NCBI GenBank assembly: GCA_030527235.1 | Contig: JAUNBL010000001.1 | Coordinates: 10,294 to 74,293, forward strand | DNA length: 64,000 bases | Origin: Clostridia bacterium | Lineage (GTDB): Bacteria; Bacillota; Clostridia; UMGS1883 | Direction of reading: 5' to 3' | In this document: positions 17,868-26,005 of the stretch, one piece after another | Layout of the letters: every line of letters starts with the position of its first letter | How positions within the stretch are numbered: position 1 is the stretch's first letter | Made by a program: the position numbers and the translations under genes | The notes under the pieces: model-generated | Seen by the model: the letters and a program-made list of their open reading frames with translations, nothing else | Databases searched by the model: none | Told to the model about the DNA's origin: nothing

Positions 17868-17888
17868 TTTTAAAAATGCAAAAAAAAT

Positions 17889-17924
17889 GGGACTGCCTAT
17901 GCAAAATAGGAGTCCCTGTTTTTT
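17889..17924. terminator. Bidirectional rho-independent terminator
   Basis: GGGACTGCCTAT-gcaaa-ATAGGAGTCCC, flanked by an A8 run upstream and a T6 run downstream. Confidence 0.6.
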
Positions 17925-17979
17925 ACGATTTTTAAGTATAAAATCTGTATTCTATTTTCAAAAATTCACATAATATATA

Positions 17980-18008
17980 TTGACAAATAATAGGGATGGT
18001 GGTACAAT
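17980..18008 (+). promoter_or_regulatory. Promoter of the TA pair
   Basis: TTGACA (17980-17985), 17-nt spacer, TACAAT (18003-18008). Confidence 0.55.
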
Positions 18009-18058
18009 ATATGTGTGAAGATTTAAGTAATCATAATAACTCGAAAGGAGATGTTGAT

Positions 18059-18226
18059 ATGCCGACAGCAGTAAATAAAATAGACATTGCATTAGCCGAA
18101 TTGTTAAGGAAAAATAAGGACAAAATCAAATCAATAACTCCTTCCAATCCTCCCATTTCTAAAGATGATGAATGGCGAGATGAAGATGAGTGGGATGATT
18201 TATATAAGGAGTTACAGGACAAATGA
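18059..18226 (+). CDS. Putative antitoxin (55 aa, acidic C-terminus)
   Basis: ATG 18059 with AAAGGAG 8 nt upstream: MPTAVNKIDIALAELLRKNKDK...DEWRDEDEWDDLYKELQDK. Its stop overlaps the toxin start (ATGA). Confidence 0.5.
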   Translation: MPTAVNKIDIALAELLRKNKDKIKSITPSNPPISKDDEWRDEDEWDDLYKELQDK

Positions 18227-18551
18227 GAGTTTGGGAGCTATGGTTTGCCGACTTTCCGTATGAAGAAGATAATACAATTGTTAAAAGCAGACCTGTTATC
18301 ATTCTCAACGTAGAGCCTTTAGAAGTATTGTCGGTTAAGGTTACATCACAGCAGTCGCGTAATAGTGATAAATATGATATGCCAATCGTTCATTGGCAGT
18401 ATGCGGGGTTAAAAAAGCCGTCGGTTGCTCGTATATCCAAAACAATGTTTCTGGACAAAAATAATTTCACCAAAAAATAGGAACTCCTCATGACGATGAC
18501 AAGATTGCAGTTCTTACGAAGTACACCGAATACTTAAAGGAAATTACATAA
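18223..18551 (+). pseudogene. MazF/PemK-like toxin interrupted by a frameshift at an A6 run
   Basis: MRVWELWFADFPYEEDNTIVKSRPVIILN...VKVTSQ...GLKKPSVARISKTMFLDKNNFTKK stops at 18478-18480. The -1 frame from A18477 continues IGTPHDDDKIAVLTKYTEYLKEIT, which restores a typical toxin of about 109 aa. Confidence 0.65.
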
Positions 18552-18676
18552 CAGTAAATCTTTCCGTTCCCTTTGAGAACGCATAGTCGAGGTTTTATCC
18601 GACGCAATTTATATAACGCTTGATGGCGCTGTATGTTGTGTCGGATTTTTTTGCGCCATCGGAAAGGAGAGTATTA

Positions 18677-19579
18677 TTGCCAACATTCAAGAACACGCCA
18701 AGAGGAACTTGGTTCTGCAAGTTTTACTACACCGATTGGACTGGCGAACGAAAGCAAAAGAAAAAAGAAGGCTTTGCTACCAAACGCGAAGCGCAAGAAT
18801 GGGAACGAGACTTCTTAAATAGGTGCAGTATCGAATCGGACATTACGTTTGAAAACTTCTGCATTAAGTATATGGAACATTGTAAGGCTCGCCTGAAGCC
18901 CACAACATACGAGGGTAAAAAGAATATGATAGAGACCAAATTACTGCCGTATTTTAAGCATATGAAGCTTAAAGATATAAAGGCAAGTACATTACGCACT
19001 TGGCAAGATAAATTGATTACAAGCCCAAATAACTACGCTGAGACGTATCTTAAAACTATTAATAATCAGATGTCCGCTATCTTAAATTTTGCTGTTAACA
19101 ATGACTACATTGGTTCAAACCCCATGCACAAGTGTGGCAGTATGGGAAAGAAACACGCAGAAGGCTTGCAGTTTTGGACTGTAGACGAATATAAGTTGTT
19201 CTATGAAGCTATTAAGGATAAGCCAATGTCCGCCGCTATCTTTCCATTGTTCTTTTACAGCGGTATGCGTGAGGGTGAAGTATTAGCCGTAACACTAAAT
19301 GACTTTGATTTTGAAAACAATACTGTTAATGTTAATAAGAGTTATGCCAAACACAACGGCGAGGATTTGATACAAACACCTAAAACTCCTAAGAGTAAGA
19401 GGATTATCACTTTACCTGAGCAGATAATGGAATTGATAAAAAAATATGCAGGCTCAATCTACGATTATCAGCCAACCGACAGATTGTTTGCCTGCACAAA
19501 ATATTATTTAGCTCACGAGATGAAGCGCGGATGCGAGAAGTCAGGCGTGAAGAAGATAAGAATCCATGACCTCAGACAC
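18677..19579 (+). pseudogene. Phage tyrosine integrase, 3' end replaced by the ICE insertion
   Basis: The probable start is TTG 18677, with AAAGGAGAG upstream. The N-terminus LPTFKNTPRGTWFCKFYYTDWTGERKQKKKEGFATKREAQEWE is arm-binding type. Integrase-like sequence runs through IRIHDLRH (ending at 19579). Downstream of that, the frame is antisense to the serine recombinase gene. Confidence 0.75.
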
Positions 19580-19609
19580 CCGTATGTCAAGCTAAAACTA
19601 AAAATTTTA

Positions 19610-21151
19610 TCAGCCTATTTCAGCCGCACTTTCGGCGCAAAAGTCCTTGATTTTCCACTCGATTTCAAGCCTATTATCGGGATATACACACACCTTTTCG
19701 ATAAGCATATCGGCAAGTGCCTGTGTTAAGGCGGTTTCTTTTTTTACGGCTTTCGCCGTTTGAATAATTTTTGCCCTGTTTTCAGTTTCAAGCTGTGAGC
19801 GTTCCTCCGATTTGCGGAATTTATCGTATTGAATACGGTAATTCTCGGTTTTTGTGTCATATTCCTGTTTTAAGCATTTATACTCATCAAGTGTAATTTC
19901 TTCTGTTAAAAGCTGCTCATACAAGAGTTGTTTTTTCTTTTGGCAAGCCGTTATCTGCTTTTCAATATCCGCAAGCTGCTCTGTTTTTATCTGTGCGGTA
20001 TCAACCTTTGAAACATCATCAATATTCAATATGCTTTCGGCTTGTTTTGAGATTATATCAAAAATTGCTTGGTTTAACGCACCTTCCGTAATTTCCGATT
20101 TATAGCAAGGCTCCGTTTCGTCATTCCTTGTATAGCTGCACCGATATATCGGTATTTTTTTCGGCACATAATCCATTGCGTGCTTGCAGCAGCCGCACTC
20201 AACCTTTCCACGAAGCGGATAGCTCCGCTGTTTTTTATTCGGCTGCTTAAATGTTCGCCGCACCGCATTAGCCTTTTCAAACAATTCCTCCGAAACAATC
20301 ACATCGTGGTGGTGCGGTATCTTTATCCACTCGCTTTCATCACGCTTGACCATTTTTGTGCTGCCCACATCTTGTACCCTCTGCTTCAGCATCACAAACA
20401 TCCCCATATATTGTTCGTTGACTATAATTCGGTTTATGGTGGAAATGCTCCAATATTTGCAGTTTGGAAAACGAGAGCCGTAGTTTCCTTTAATGCCCTT
20501 GTACTGTGCAGGAGTAGGGATATTTTTATCGAACAACAGCTTTGATATATATGCGGCAGACTTGCCATCGGCGGTAAGCTCGAATATCATTTTAACCGTT
20601 TCGGCGGCTTTCTCATCTATAATCTGCTCGCCGTTATCTCCGGCTTTATAGCCGTATGTATAATTCCCCGATTTATATTCGCCACGCCGCATTTTTGTAT
20701 ATTTGGCACTCTTTGTTTTAACCGATAAATCACGGCTGTAATACTCGTTTACGAGATATTTCACCGCAACGGCAATGCCACCCGTATCGCCCTTATGTTC
20801 GTCACTGTCATAGTTATCGCTGACCGATATAAACCGCACACCGAACAGAGGAAATATTTGTTGTGTAAAATACCCAACCTCTATACTGTTCCTCCCGAAA
20901 CGGGAGAAGTCCTTTACCAAAATGCAATTCACCTTATAAGCTTTAACATCATTCAAAAGCTGCTGAACGGCGGGGCGTTCAAGATTAGTCCCAGAATAGC
21001 CGTTGTCAACATATTCGATAATTTCAACATTATCGCCGAGAGCTTCCGCATATTTACGGAGCAAAAGCCTTTGTGATTCAATGCTCATACTCTCAACACG
21101 CTTATCTTCAACAGACAAACGCAGATATATGGCTATAATGTATCTATCCAT
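19610..21151 (-). CDS. Large serine recombinase (3rd of triplet)
   Basis: 513 aa. The N-terminal resolvase domain reads IAIYLRLSVEDK...SIESQR...YVDNGYSGTNLERPA...ILVKDFSRFGR. A recombinase and zinc-ribbon region and a coiled coil follow. Confidence 0.9.
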   Translation of the reverse strand: MDRYIIAIYLRLSVEDKRVESMSIESQRLLLRKYAEALGDNVEIIEYVDNGYSGTNLERPAVQQLLNDVKAYKVNCILVKDFSRFGRNSIEVGYFTQQIFPLFGVRFISVSDNYDSDEHKGDTGGIAVAVKYLVNEYYSRDLSVKTKSAKYTKMRRGEYKSGNYTYGYKAGDNGEQIIDEKAAETVKMIFELTADGKSAAYISKLLFDKNIPTPAQYKGIKGNYGSRFPNCKYWSISTINRIIVNEQYMGMFVMLKQRVQDVGSTKMVKRDESEWIKIPHHHDVIVSEELFEKANAVRRTFKQPNKKQRSYPLRGKVECGCCKHAMDYVPKKIPIYRCSYTRNDETEPCYKSEITEGALNQAIFDIISKQAESILNIDDVSKVDTAQIKTEQLADIEKQITACQKKKQLLYEQLLTEEITLDEYKCLKQEYDTKTENYRIQYDKFRKSEERSQLETENRAKIIQTAKAVKKETALTQALADMLIEKVCVYPDNRLEIEWKIKDFCAESAAEIG

Positions 21152-22787
21152 TTGCTATCGCCTCGCTTTCAAATTCGTTATCAAAACTATATGTTATCTC
21201 AACTCGTTTGCCTTTGTAAATATCTATTCTCGAAACCAGCTTGTCTATAAGCTCTTTGGTTAAAGTGTTGTTTTCAGCAATATCCGAAACGGCGTTCGAC
21301 AGGTCGCAATATCGGTTATAGCTTTTTTCAAGCTTCAAGCGGCGGTTTTCAACCTCGGTTATCTTTTTCATTGTATCGGAGATTTTATCGCCGTAGCTTT
21401 TACGCATTTCTTGATATTCCTCCTGTGTTATAATGCCGTTTACAAGATTTTCATATAAGCTGTTCAAAAAATTCCGATTTTTTGATATGTAAGCTCGTAA
21501 GTCCTTTAATTCCGCCTGTTGAGCTTCTATTTCTTTCTTATCATTCAGCGAATAGAATATCAGATTTTTTCTGTCGGCAAGTACAGACGTTTGCGATTTT
21601 ATTGCGGTTATAACCACATTGAGCAAATCTTTTTCGAGAATACTGCCGTTATCGCATCCGTCACGCTTATATCTTGTATTTGTAAGACAGTTTATATTAT
21701 ATGCAAACCCTGTTTTTACTCTTGAAAATCTTGAACGATGTAACGCTCTGCCGCACTCGCCGCAGAAAATTTTACCTTTCCATATATTTTCGGTGTAGGG
21801 TATTACGGTTAGCTTGCTGTGCTTATTTTTTAACTGCTCCATACGCTCCTGTGCTTTATCAAACATATCCTGTGAAATAATAGCCTCGTGCGTGTTCGGA
21901 ACGACTATCCATTCATCTTTGTCAACAGCGGTCTGCTTTTTAGCCAAGCTGTCACTTCTGCCCTGAACGAGCTTGCCTGTATATATTTCGTGTGTTAAGA
22001 TTTGCCGAACGGTCATAGTCTGCCATAATCCGCTGCCGATACTCTTTTTTGAGGTTATATATCCCTTTTGATAGCCGTATGCACCCGGTGTTAGGATTTG
22101 CTGTTCGTTAAGCTGCAAGCATATCTCATTTGTTGACATACCACCGTTAAAAAGCTCAAATATCAGCTTGACAACGGGTGCGGTTTCGGGATTTACGATT
22201 AGCTTATGACAGTCATTCGGATCTTTCAGATAACCGTATTTCGGTCTTGCACTCACATATTGTCCGTCACGCATTGCCTGTCGTGCCTGTGTTTTGATTT
22301 TCTTTCCGATGTCCAAAGCGTAGGCTTCATTTATAATATTTTTGATATAAAGGAGCATTTTATCACCGTTTGAGGGGGTATCCGTATCAAAGTTATCGTT
22401 TACGGCAATAAACCGCACCTTCTTTTCGGGAAAGTAGGTGTCTATATAAAAGCCTGTGTCAATACTGTTTCTGCCGAGCCTTGACAAGTCCTTTACGATT
22501 ACGCAGTCTATCTTGCCGCTTTCAATATCCTCAATCATATGCTGAAATTCAGGGCGGTGAAAGCTTGTGCCTGTCGCTCCGTTGTCGATATATACTCCTG
22601 CCAAACGCATATTTCCGTTTTGTGCGATATAATCATCGAGTATCATCTTTTGATTTTCGATGGAATTACCCTTGTTGTGGCTGTCCTCAACCGATAATCT
22701 TATATACTGTGCCGTTTTTATGTATATAGGCATATTTTCCGGCTTTGTCTGTGCAGCAGTGATATTTTTTCTGCTTTTTCTTGCCAT
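21144..22787 (-). CDS. Large serine recombinase (2nd of triplet)
   Basis: 547 aa: YIRLSVEDS...SIENQK...YIDNGATGTSFHRPE...VIVKDLSRLGR. It overlaps the next gene by 8 nt. Confidence 0.9.
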   Translation of the reverse strand: MARKSRKNITAAQTKPENMPIYIKTAQYIRLSVEDSHNKGNSIENQKMILDDYIAQNGNMRLAGVYIDNGATGTSFHRPEFQHMIEDIESGKIDCVIVKDLSRLGRNSIDTGFYIDTYFPEKKVRFIAVNDNFDTDTPSNGDKMLLYIKNIINEAYALDIGKKIKTQARQAMRDGQYVSARPKYGYLKDPNDCHKLIVNPETAPVVKLIFELFNGGMSTNEICLQLNEQQILTPGAYGYQKGYITSKKSIGSGLWQTMTVRQILTHEIYTGKLVQGRSDSLAKKQTAVDKDEWIVVPNTHEAIISQDMFDKAQERMEQLKNKHSKLTVIPYTENIWKGKIFCGECGRALHRSRFSRVKTGFAYNINCLTNTRYKRDGCDNGSILEKDLLNVVITAIKSQTSVLADRKNLIFYSLNDKKEIEAQQAELKDLRAYISKNRNFLNSLYENLVNGIITQEEYQEMRKSYGDKISDTMKKITEVENRRLKLEKSYNRYCDLSNAVSDIAENNTLTKELIDKLVSRIDIYKGKRVEITYSFDNEFESEAIANG

Positions 22788-22788
22788 A

Positions 22789-24396
22789 TCAAACCACCTC
22801 CCGATACTCGCTTAATGCAGCTAATGTCTGTTCGTATTCGTCTTTGAAATTAAATGCTATCTGTATGTGCGTTTTATCATAAATATGGATGCACTCTATA
22901 AGGCGGATAACGATGTTGCGGTCAATTTTATCAATATTTTCAAAGGCTTTGAAGCGTTCTATCCATTGCAGCTTTTTCGAGGTGTTGTTTCTGCACTCGT
23001 CAAGCTCGGTTTCAAGCTGTTTTAATGCGTCCTCCAACCGTTTCTTGTCTTTGGAGTAGGAGTTGTTAAGCGTTTTGTAATCCTCTTTATTCAGAATACC
23101 GGAAATGTAGTTTTCATAAAGGGTTGATTTGTATTCACTTGTTTTGTCAAGCTGTTTTTGTACCTCGCCGATTTGCACCGATATTTTATTGCACATATCC
23201 TTGTTTATTGCATTGTTGTTGATGCCGCCTATTAAAGCGTTCAGCGAAGCAACATTTCTTATGTGTCCCTTAATGCTGTCCGTAACACAGTTTACAAGGT
23301 CGGTTTCTTTTATCATATTACCGCCTGTGCAGCCGTTTTTCTTTCCGGTGGGGCAATAATAGTAGAAGTATTTTTCGCCGTTATGTGTAACGGTTTTGCG
23401 TGTCATACGATTTCCGCAGCAGCCGCAGATTAAAATTCCCGAAAACAAATGCAGTTCATTCTTTTTCGGTGATGTTCTTGTGTCGATACGCATAATTTTC
23501 TGCACAAGCTCAAAATCTTGTCTGCCGATTATCGCTTCGTGTGCGTTTTCGGTTACAAACATCTCATCGGCGTTGCGTTTTACATACTCCTTAACCTTGT
23601 AATTCGGCTTGCCGCATTTGCCTTGTATCAGCTTGCCCGTATAGATTTCGTCTTTGAGAATACGAATTACGGTTGTTGCCGACCATTTTGAATTTTCCTT
23701 ATCGCAGTAGCCGCCTGTGGGGAGTGAGATGTTGTTGTCCTTTTTATATTCCCTCGGCGATAGAACCGCAAGTCGGTTCAGCTCATTTGCGATTCTCTCC
23801 GCACTGTAACCGTCTGTCCGCATTTTGAATATATCCTTTACCACCTGTGCGGCATATTCATCAATTACAAGCTGATTTTTATTATCATCAGCTTTTTTGT
23901 AACCGTAAACGGGAACGGCTCCGACATAATCGCCGTTTTTCCTTTTGATATTGAGTGCCGTGCGTACCTTTACGGAAATATCACGGCAGTATTCATCATT
24001 CATTACACCCTTAAAGGATACGGAAATATCTCCCGTAACGGCTTCCTTTGCGGTGTCTATATTATCGTTTATGGCGATAAAGCGAACACCGAGAGCAGGG
24101 AAAACTCGCCGAAGATATGTAAAGGTTTCGTTGTACTCTCTGCCGAGCCTTGATAAGTCTTTCACGATTATACAGTTGATTTTTCCGCTTTTGATGTCCT
24201 CAAGCATTGCCTTAAATGCGGGCCGATCAAAAACGATTCCCGAATAACCGTCATCTACCTGTTCATTAACGATTTTGATGTCGGGGTTTCGTTTGACAAA
24301 CTCATCAATGTATTTTCTTTGGTTTGCTATGCTGTCGCTTTCGTTTGCTCTGTCGCTTGTGTAGGATAAGCGAAGATATTTTGTAGCGTTATACAT
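22789..24396 (-). CDS. Large serine recombinase (1st of triplet)
   Basis: 535 aa: YLRLSYTSD...SIANQR...DDGYSGIVFDRPA...IIVKDLSRLGR. Confidence 0.9.
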   Translation of the reverse strand: MYNATKYLRLSYTSDRANESDSIANQRKYIDEFVKRNPDIKIVNEQVDDGYSGIVFDRPAFKAMLEDIKSGKINCIIVKDLSRLGREYNETFTYLRRVFPALGVRFIAINDNIDTAKEAVTGDISVSFKGVMNDEYCRDISVKVRTALNIKRKNGDYVGAVPVYGYKKADDNKNQLVIDEYAAQVVKDIFKMRTDGYSAERIANELNRLAVLSPREYKKDNNISLPTGGYCDKENSKWSATTVIRILKDEIYTGKLIQGKCGKPNYKVKEYVKRNADEMFVTENAHEAIIGRQDFELVQKIMRIDTRTSPKKNELHLFSGILICGCCGNRMTRKTVTHNGEKYFYYYCPTGKKNGCTGGNMIKETDLVNCVTDSIKGHIRNVASLNALIGGINNNAINKDMCNKISVQIGEVQKQLDKTSEYKSTLYENYISGILNKEDYKTLNNSYSKDKKRLEDALKQLETELDECRNNTSKKLQWIERFKAFENIDKIDRNIVIRLIECIHIYDKTHIQIAFNFKDEYEQTLAALSEYREVV

Positions 24397-24517
24397 AAAT
24401 TTTTACCTCCTTGAAATTTACGGCTTGTCCGCAAAATCAAAGAGTATTGAATTTATCTTGTATTCAATTCTTTTTCCGTAATATATTTTATCACGGAACG
24501 GCGAACACCGCAAAAAA

Positions 24518-24733
24518 TTATATGATAATACTTTGCAGACAATCCTCGATGGATAAGCCTTTGTCACTGTATTTTGCCGTAACGACAAAATTTCCGCACT
24601 TAAACCGGTACGGGTTTTTAATCTGCCGTATGTATTCCTTGATACGCTCCGGCTTTGGCAAGTCCTTGTTTACGGATATATCGTTTATATCCACAAGAGT
24701 GTCAGGGTTGGTTAAATCTTTAATATCTGTCAT
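24518..24733 (-). CDS. Small conserved ICE protein upstream of the recombinase triplet (71 aa)
   Basis: AAGGAGG RBS: MTDIKDLTNPDTLVDINDISVNKDLPKPERIKEYIRQIKNPYRFKCGNFVVTAKYSD. I recall this type next to serine recombinases in Clostridia. The family name is uncertain. Confidence 0.5.
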   Translation of the reverse strand: MTDIKDLTNPDTLVDINDISVNKDLPKPERIKEYIRQIKNPYRFKCGNFVVTAKYSDKGLSIEDCLQSIII

Positions 24734-25205
24734 AATGCGACCTCCTTAAAAATTCTTTAATATCACAAATTAAAGCACTTATAAAATGCGTTAATTTCTA
24801 ATATTAAAGGTAAGCCGTACCCGTCCCGAAAGACGGGTACAACTTATTTTCTTTGTTTTGAAGCAATTTCAGACGATGTTTTGCAAAAACACTCCATAGG
24901 AATTTCACCTCTCCGCCATCCGACCGAGCTGCCCCCATTGCCTGCGACGCTTTTAACGCTCGGACTGTGGCTGGACAGAAGTATCATTGTCCCGGTAAAG
25001 AGTCATCGCCCGCAAAGCTGCCGCTTGCATTGTAACGCTGATATTTCTCGCTCTTATAGCTTTTCATCAAGAAAGAAGGATGAAGTAGAAGCAAAACTAT
25101 CGTCTTGGCGTATCCGTCACTCGGCTCGTCCGTACCGGAATGTATCCGTTTGCCGTTATTCTGCACCGCCGTTATCTTGCGTGCTTTCTTTGTAAAATGA
25201 AAGGG

Positions 25206-25550
25206 TTATGTACTCTGTTTAGACATCGCGTACTTGTTAATTATTGTCGCAATCAGATGTTGCTCGTTTTCGCAAACGGTAGGCATAAGCCTTAACAAAA
25301 GACTTTCCTCGTCTATGGACAAAGGTAAATAAAACTCTTTTCGGTACCCGCTCATTAAAAACGCTCCTCCATCTATTCCTGTTTTGGTACATATAGGTGC
25401 ATATCGGCTCAAAAACAGTATATCCCTGCGAATTGTCCTGTCTGAAACAGAATAATGAAATGCCAAGTCTTTCATAGAGCATTTATTGTTTCGCATAAGG
25501 ATAAAAAGAATTTCAAGTCTTCTTTCAAAAGAAGTTAATTGCCTATCCAA
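25206..25550 (-). CDS. HTH transcriptional regulator (114 aa)
   Basis: N-terminal winged-HTH pattern: RRLEILFILMRNNKCSMKDLAFHYSVSDRTIRRDILFL. Confidence 0.6.
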   Translation of the reverse strand: MDRQLTSFERRLEILFILMRNNKCSMKDLAFHYSVSDRTIRRDILFLSRYAPICTKTGIDGGAFLMSGYRKEFYLPLSIDEESLLLRLMPTVCENEQHLIATIINKYAMSKQST

Positions 25551-25625
25551 GCCGAATGCACCTCCTTTCGCTAACTATTCTAAATGATATTGCGGACAGT
25601 TCTTTTCCTAAATCAAAAAATAATT

Positions 25626-25784
25626 TCATAATTTCACCCTTTTGCGTAAATTTTGTTGAATTTGCACAAAAGAGAGAGGCGGAGCACGGCTATAATACGG
25701 TGGCGGTTTTCTGTGATGTTTTCCCGAAGATTTGCGGTGATGTCCTTTAGGCTTATGCTTTTTGCGCTTTGCTCTGTGCTTCAT
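25626..25784 (-). CDS. Possible 52-aa highly basic protein
   Basis: GGAGGA, then 6 nt, then ATG 25784: MKHRAKRKKHKPKGHHRKSSGKHHRKPPPYYSRAPPLSFVQIQQNLRKRVKL. Low complexity and no homology evidence. Confidence 0.3.
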   Translation of the reverse strand: MKHRAKRKKHKPKGHHRKSSGKHHRKPPPYYSRAPPLSFVQIQQNLRKRVKL

Positions 25785-25911
25785 AAAGTGTCCTCCGTGC
25801 CGCAGGGCATATCCGACAAAAAGCATAATTTTGTCCTATGCAGGGCAATTTTTTATTTATGCGATAATCGCTTTCGCTTCCTTTGCTTTGTAATATCATA
25901 TAAAAAGGCAC

Positions 25912-25959
25912 AAAAAAGCCGCCCGGCAATAAAGGCGTTTTGCCTCTATACCGGGCGGC
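25912..25959 (-). terminator. Rho-independent terminator of the 1743-aa gene
   Basis: A 9-bp GC stem, GCCGCCCGG / CCGGGCGGC, followed by T6 on the minus strand. Confidence 0.75.
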
Positions 25960-26005
25960 CTGCTATGCCGTCACCAATTTCCTGTTCGGAAAGCTTTATT
26001 TAGTG

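Larger units (their letters stand above)
3340..19579 (+). mobile_element. Prophage remnant, late region (tail, DGR, lysis, TA, integrase), truncated on the left and cut on the right by the ICE
   Basis: A co-oriented plus-strand block of phage structural and lysis genes ends in a tyrosine integrase. Lesions are described in the findings. Confidence 0.75.

Noticed and set aside
17623-17904. ORF-track entries 17623-17805 (+) and 17686-17904 (-)
   Set aside because: They run across the promoter, leader and micro-ORF of unit B and have no RBS. The paralogue comparison supports the RNA structure and the 24-codon ORF instead.
18620-19729. Apparently intact 369-aa integrase ORF whose tail contains IYTHLF, resembling the catalytic Tyr motif at about the right distance (35 aa) from HDLRH
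   Set aside because: Positions 19610-19729 are antisense to the conserved C-terminus of the serine recombinase (…EKVCVYPDNRLEIEWKIKDF, a motif shared by all three recombinases). The intervening 35 residues lack the helix and LGH/His-II pattern of tyrosine recombinases. I treat the motif as coincidence and the integrase as truncated.
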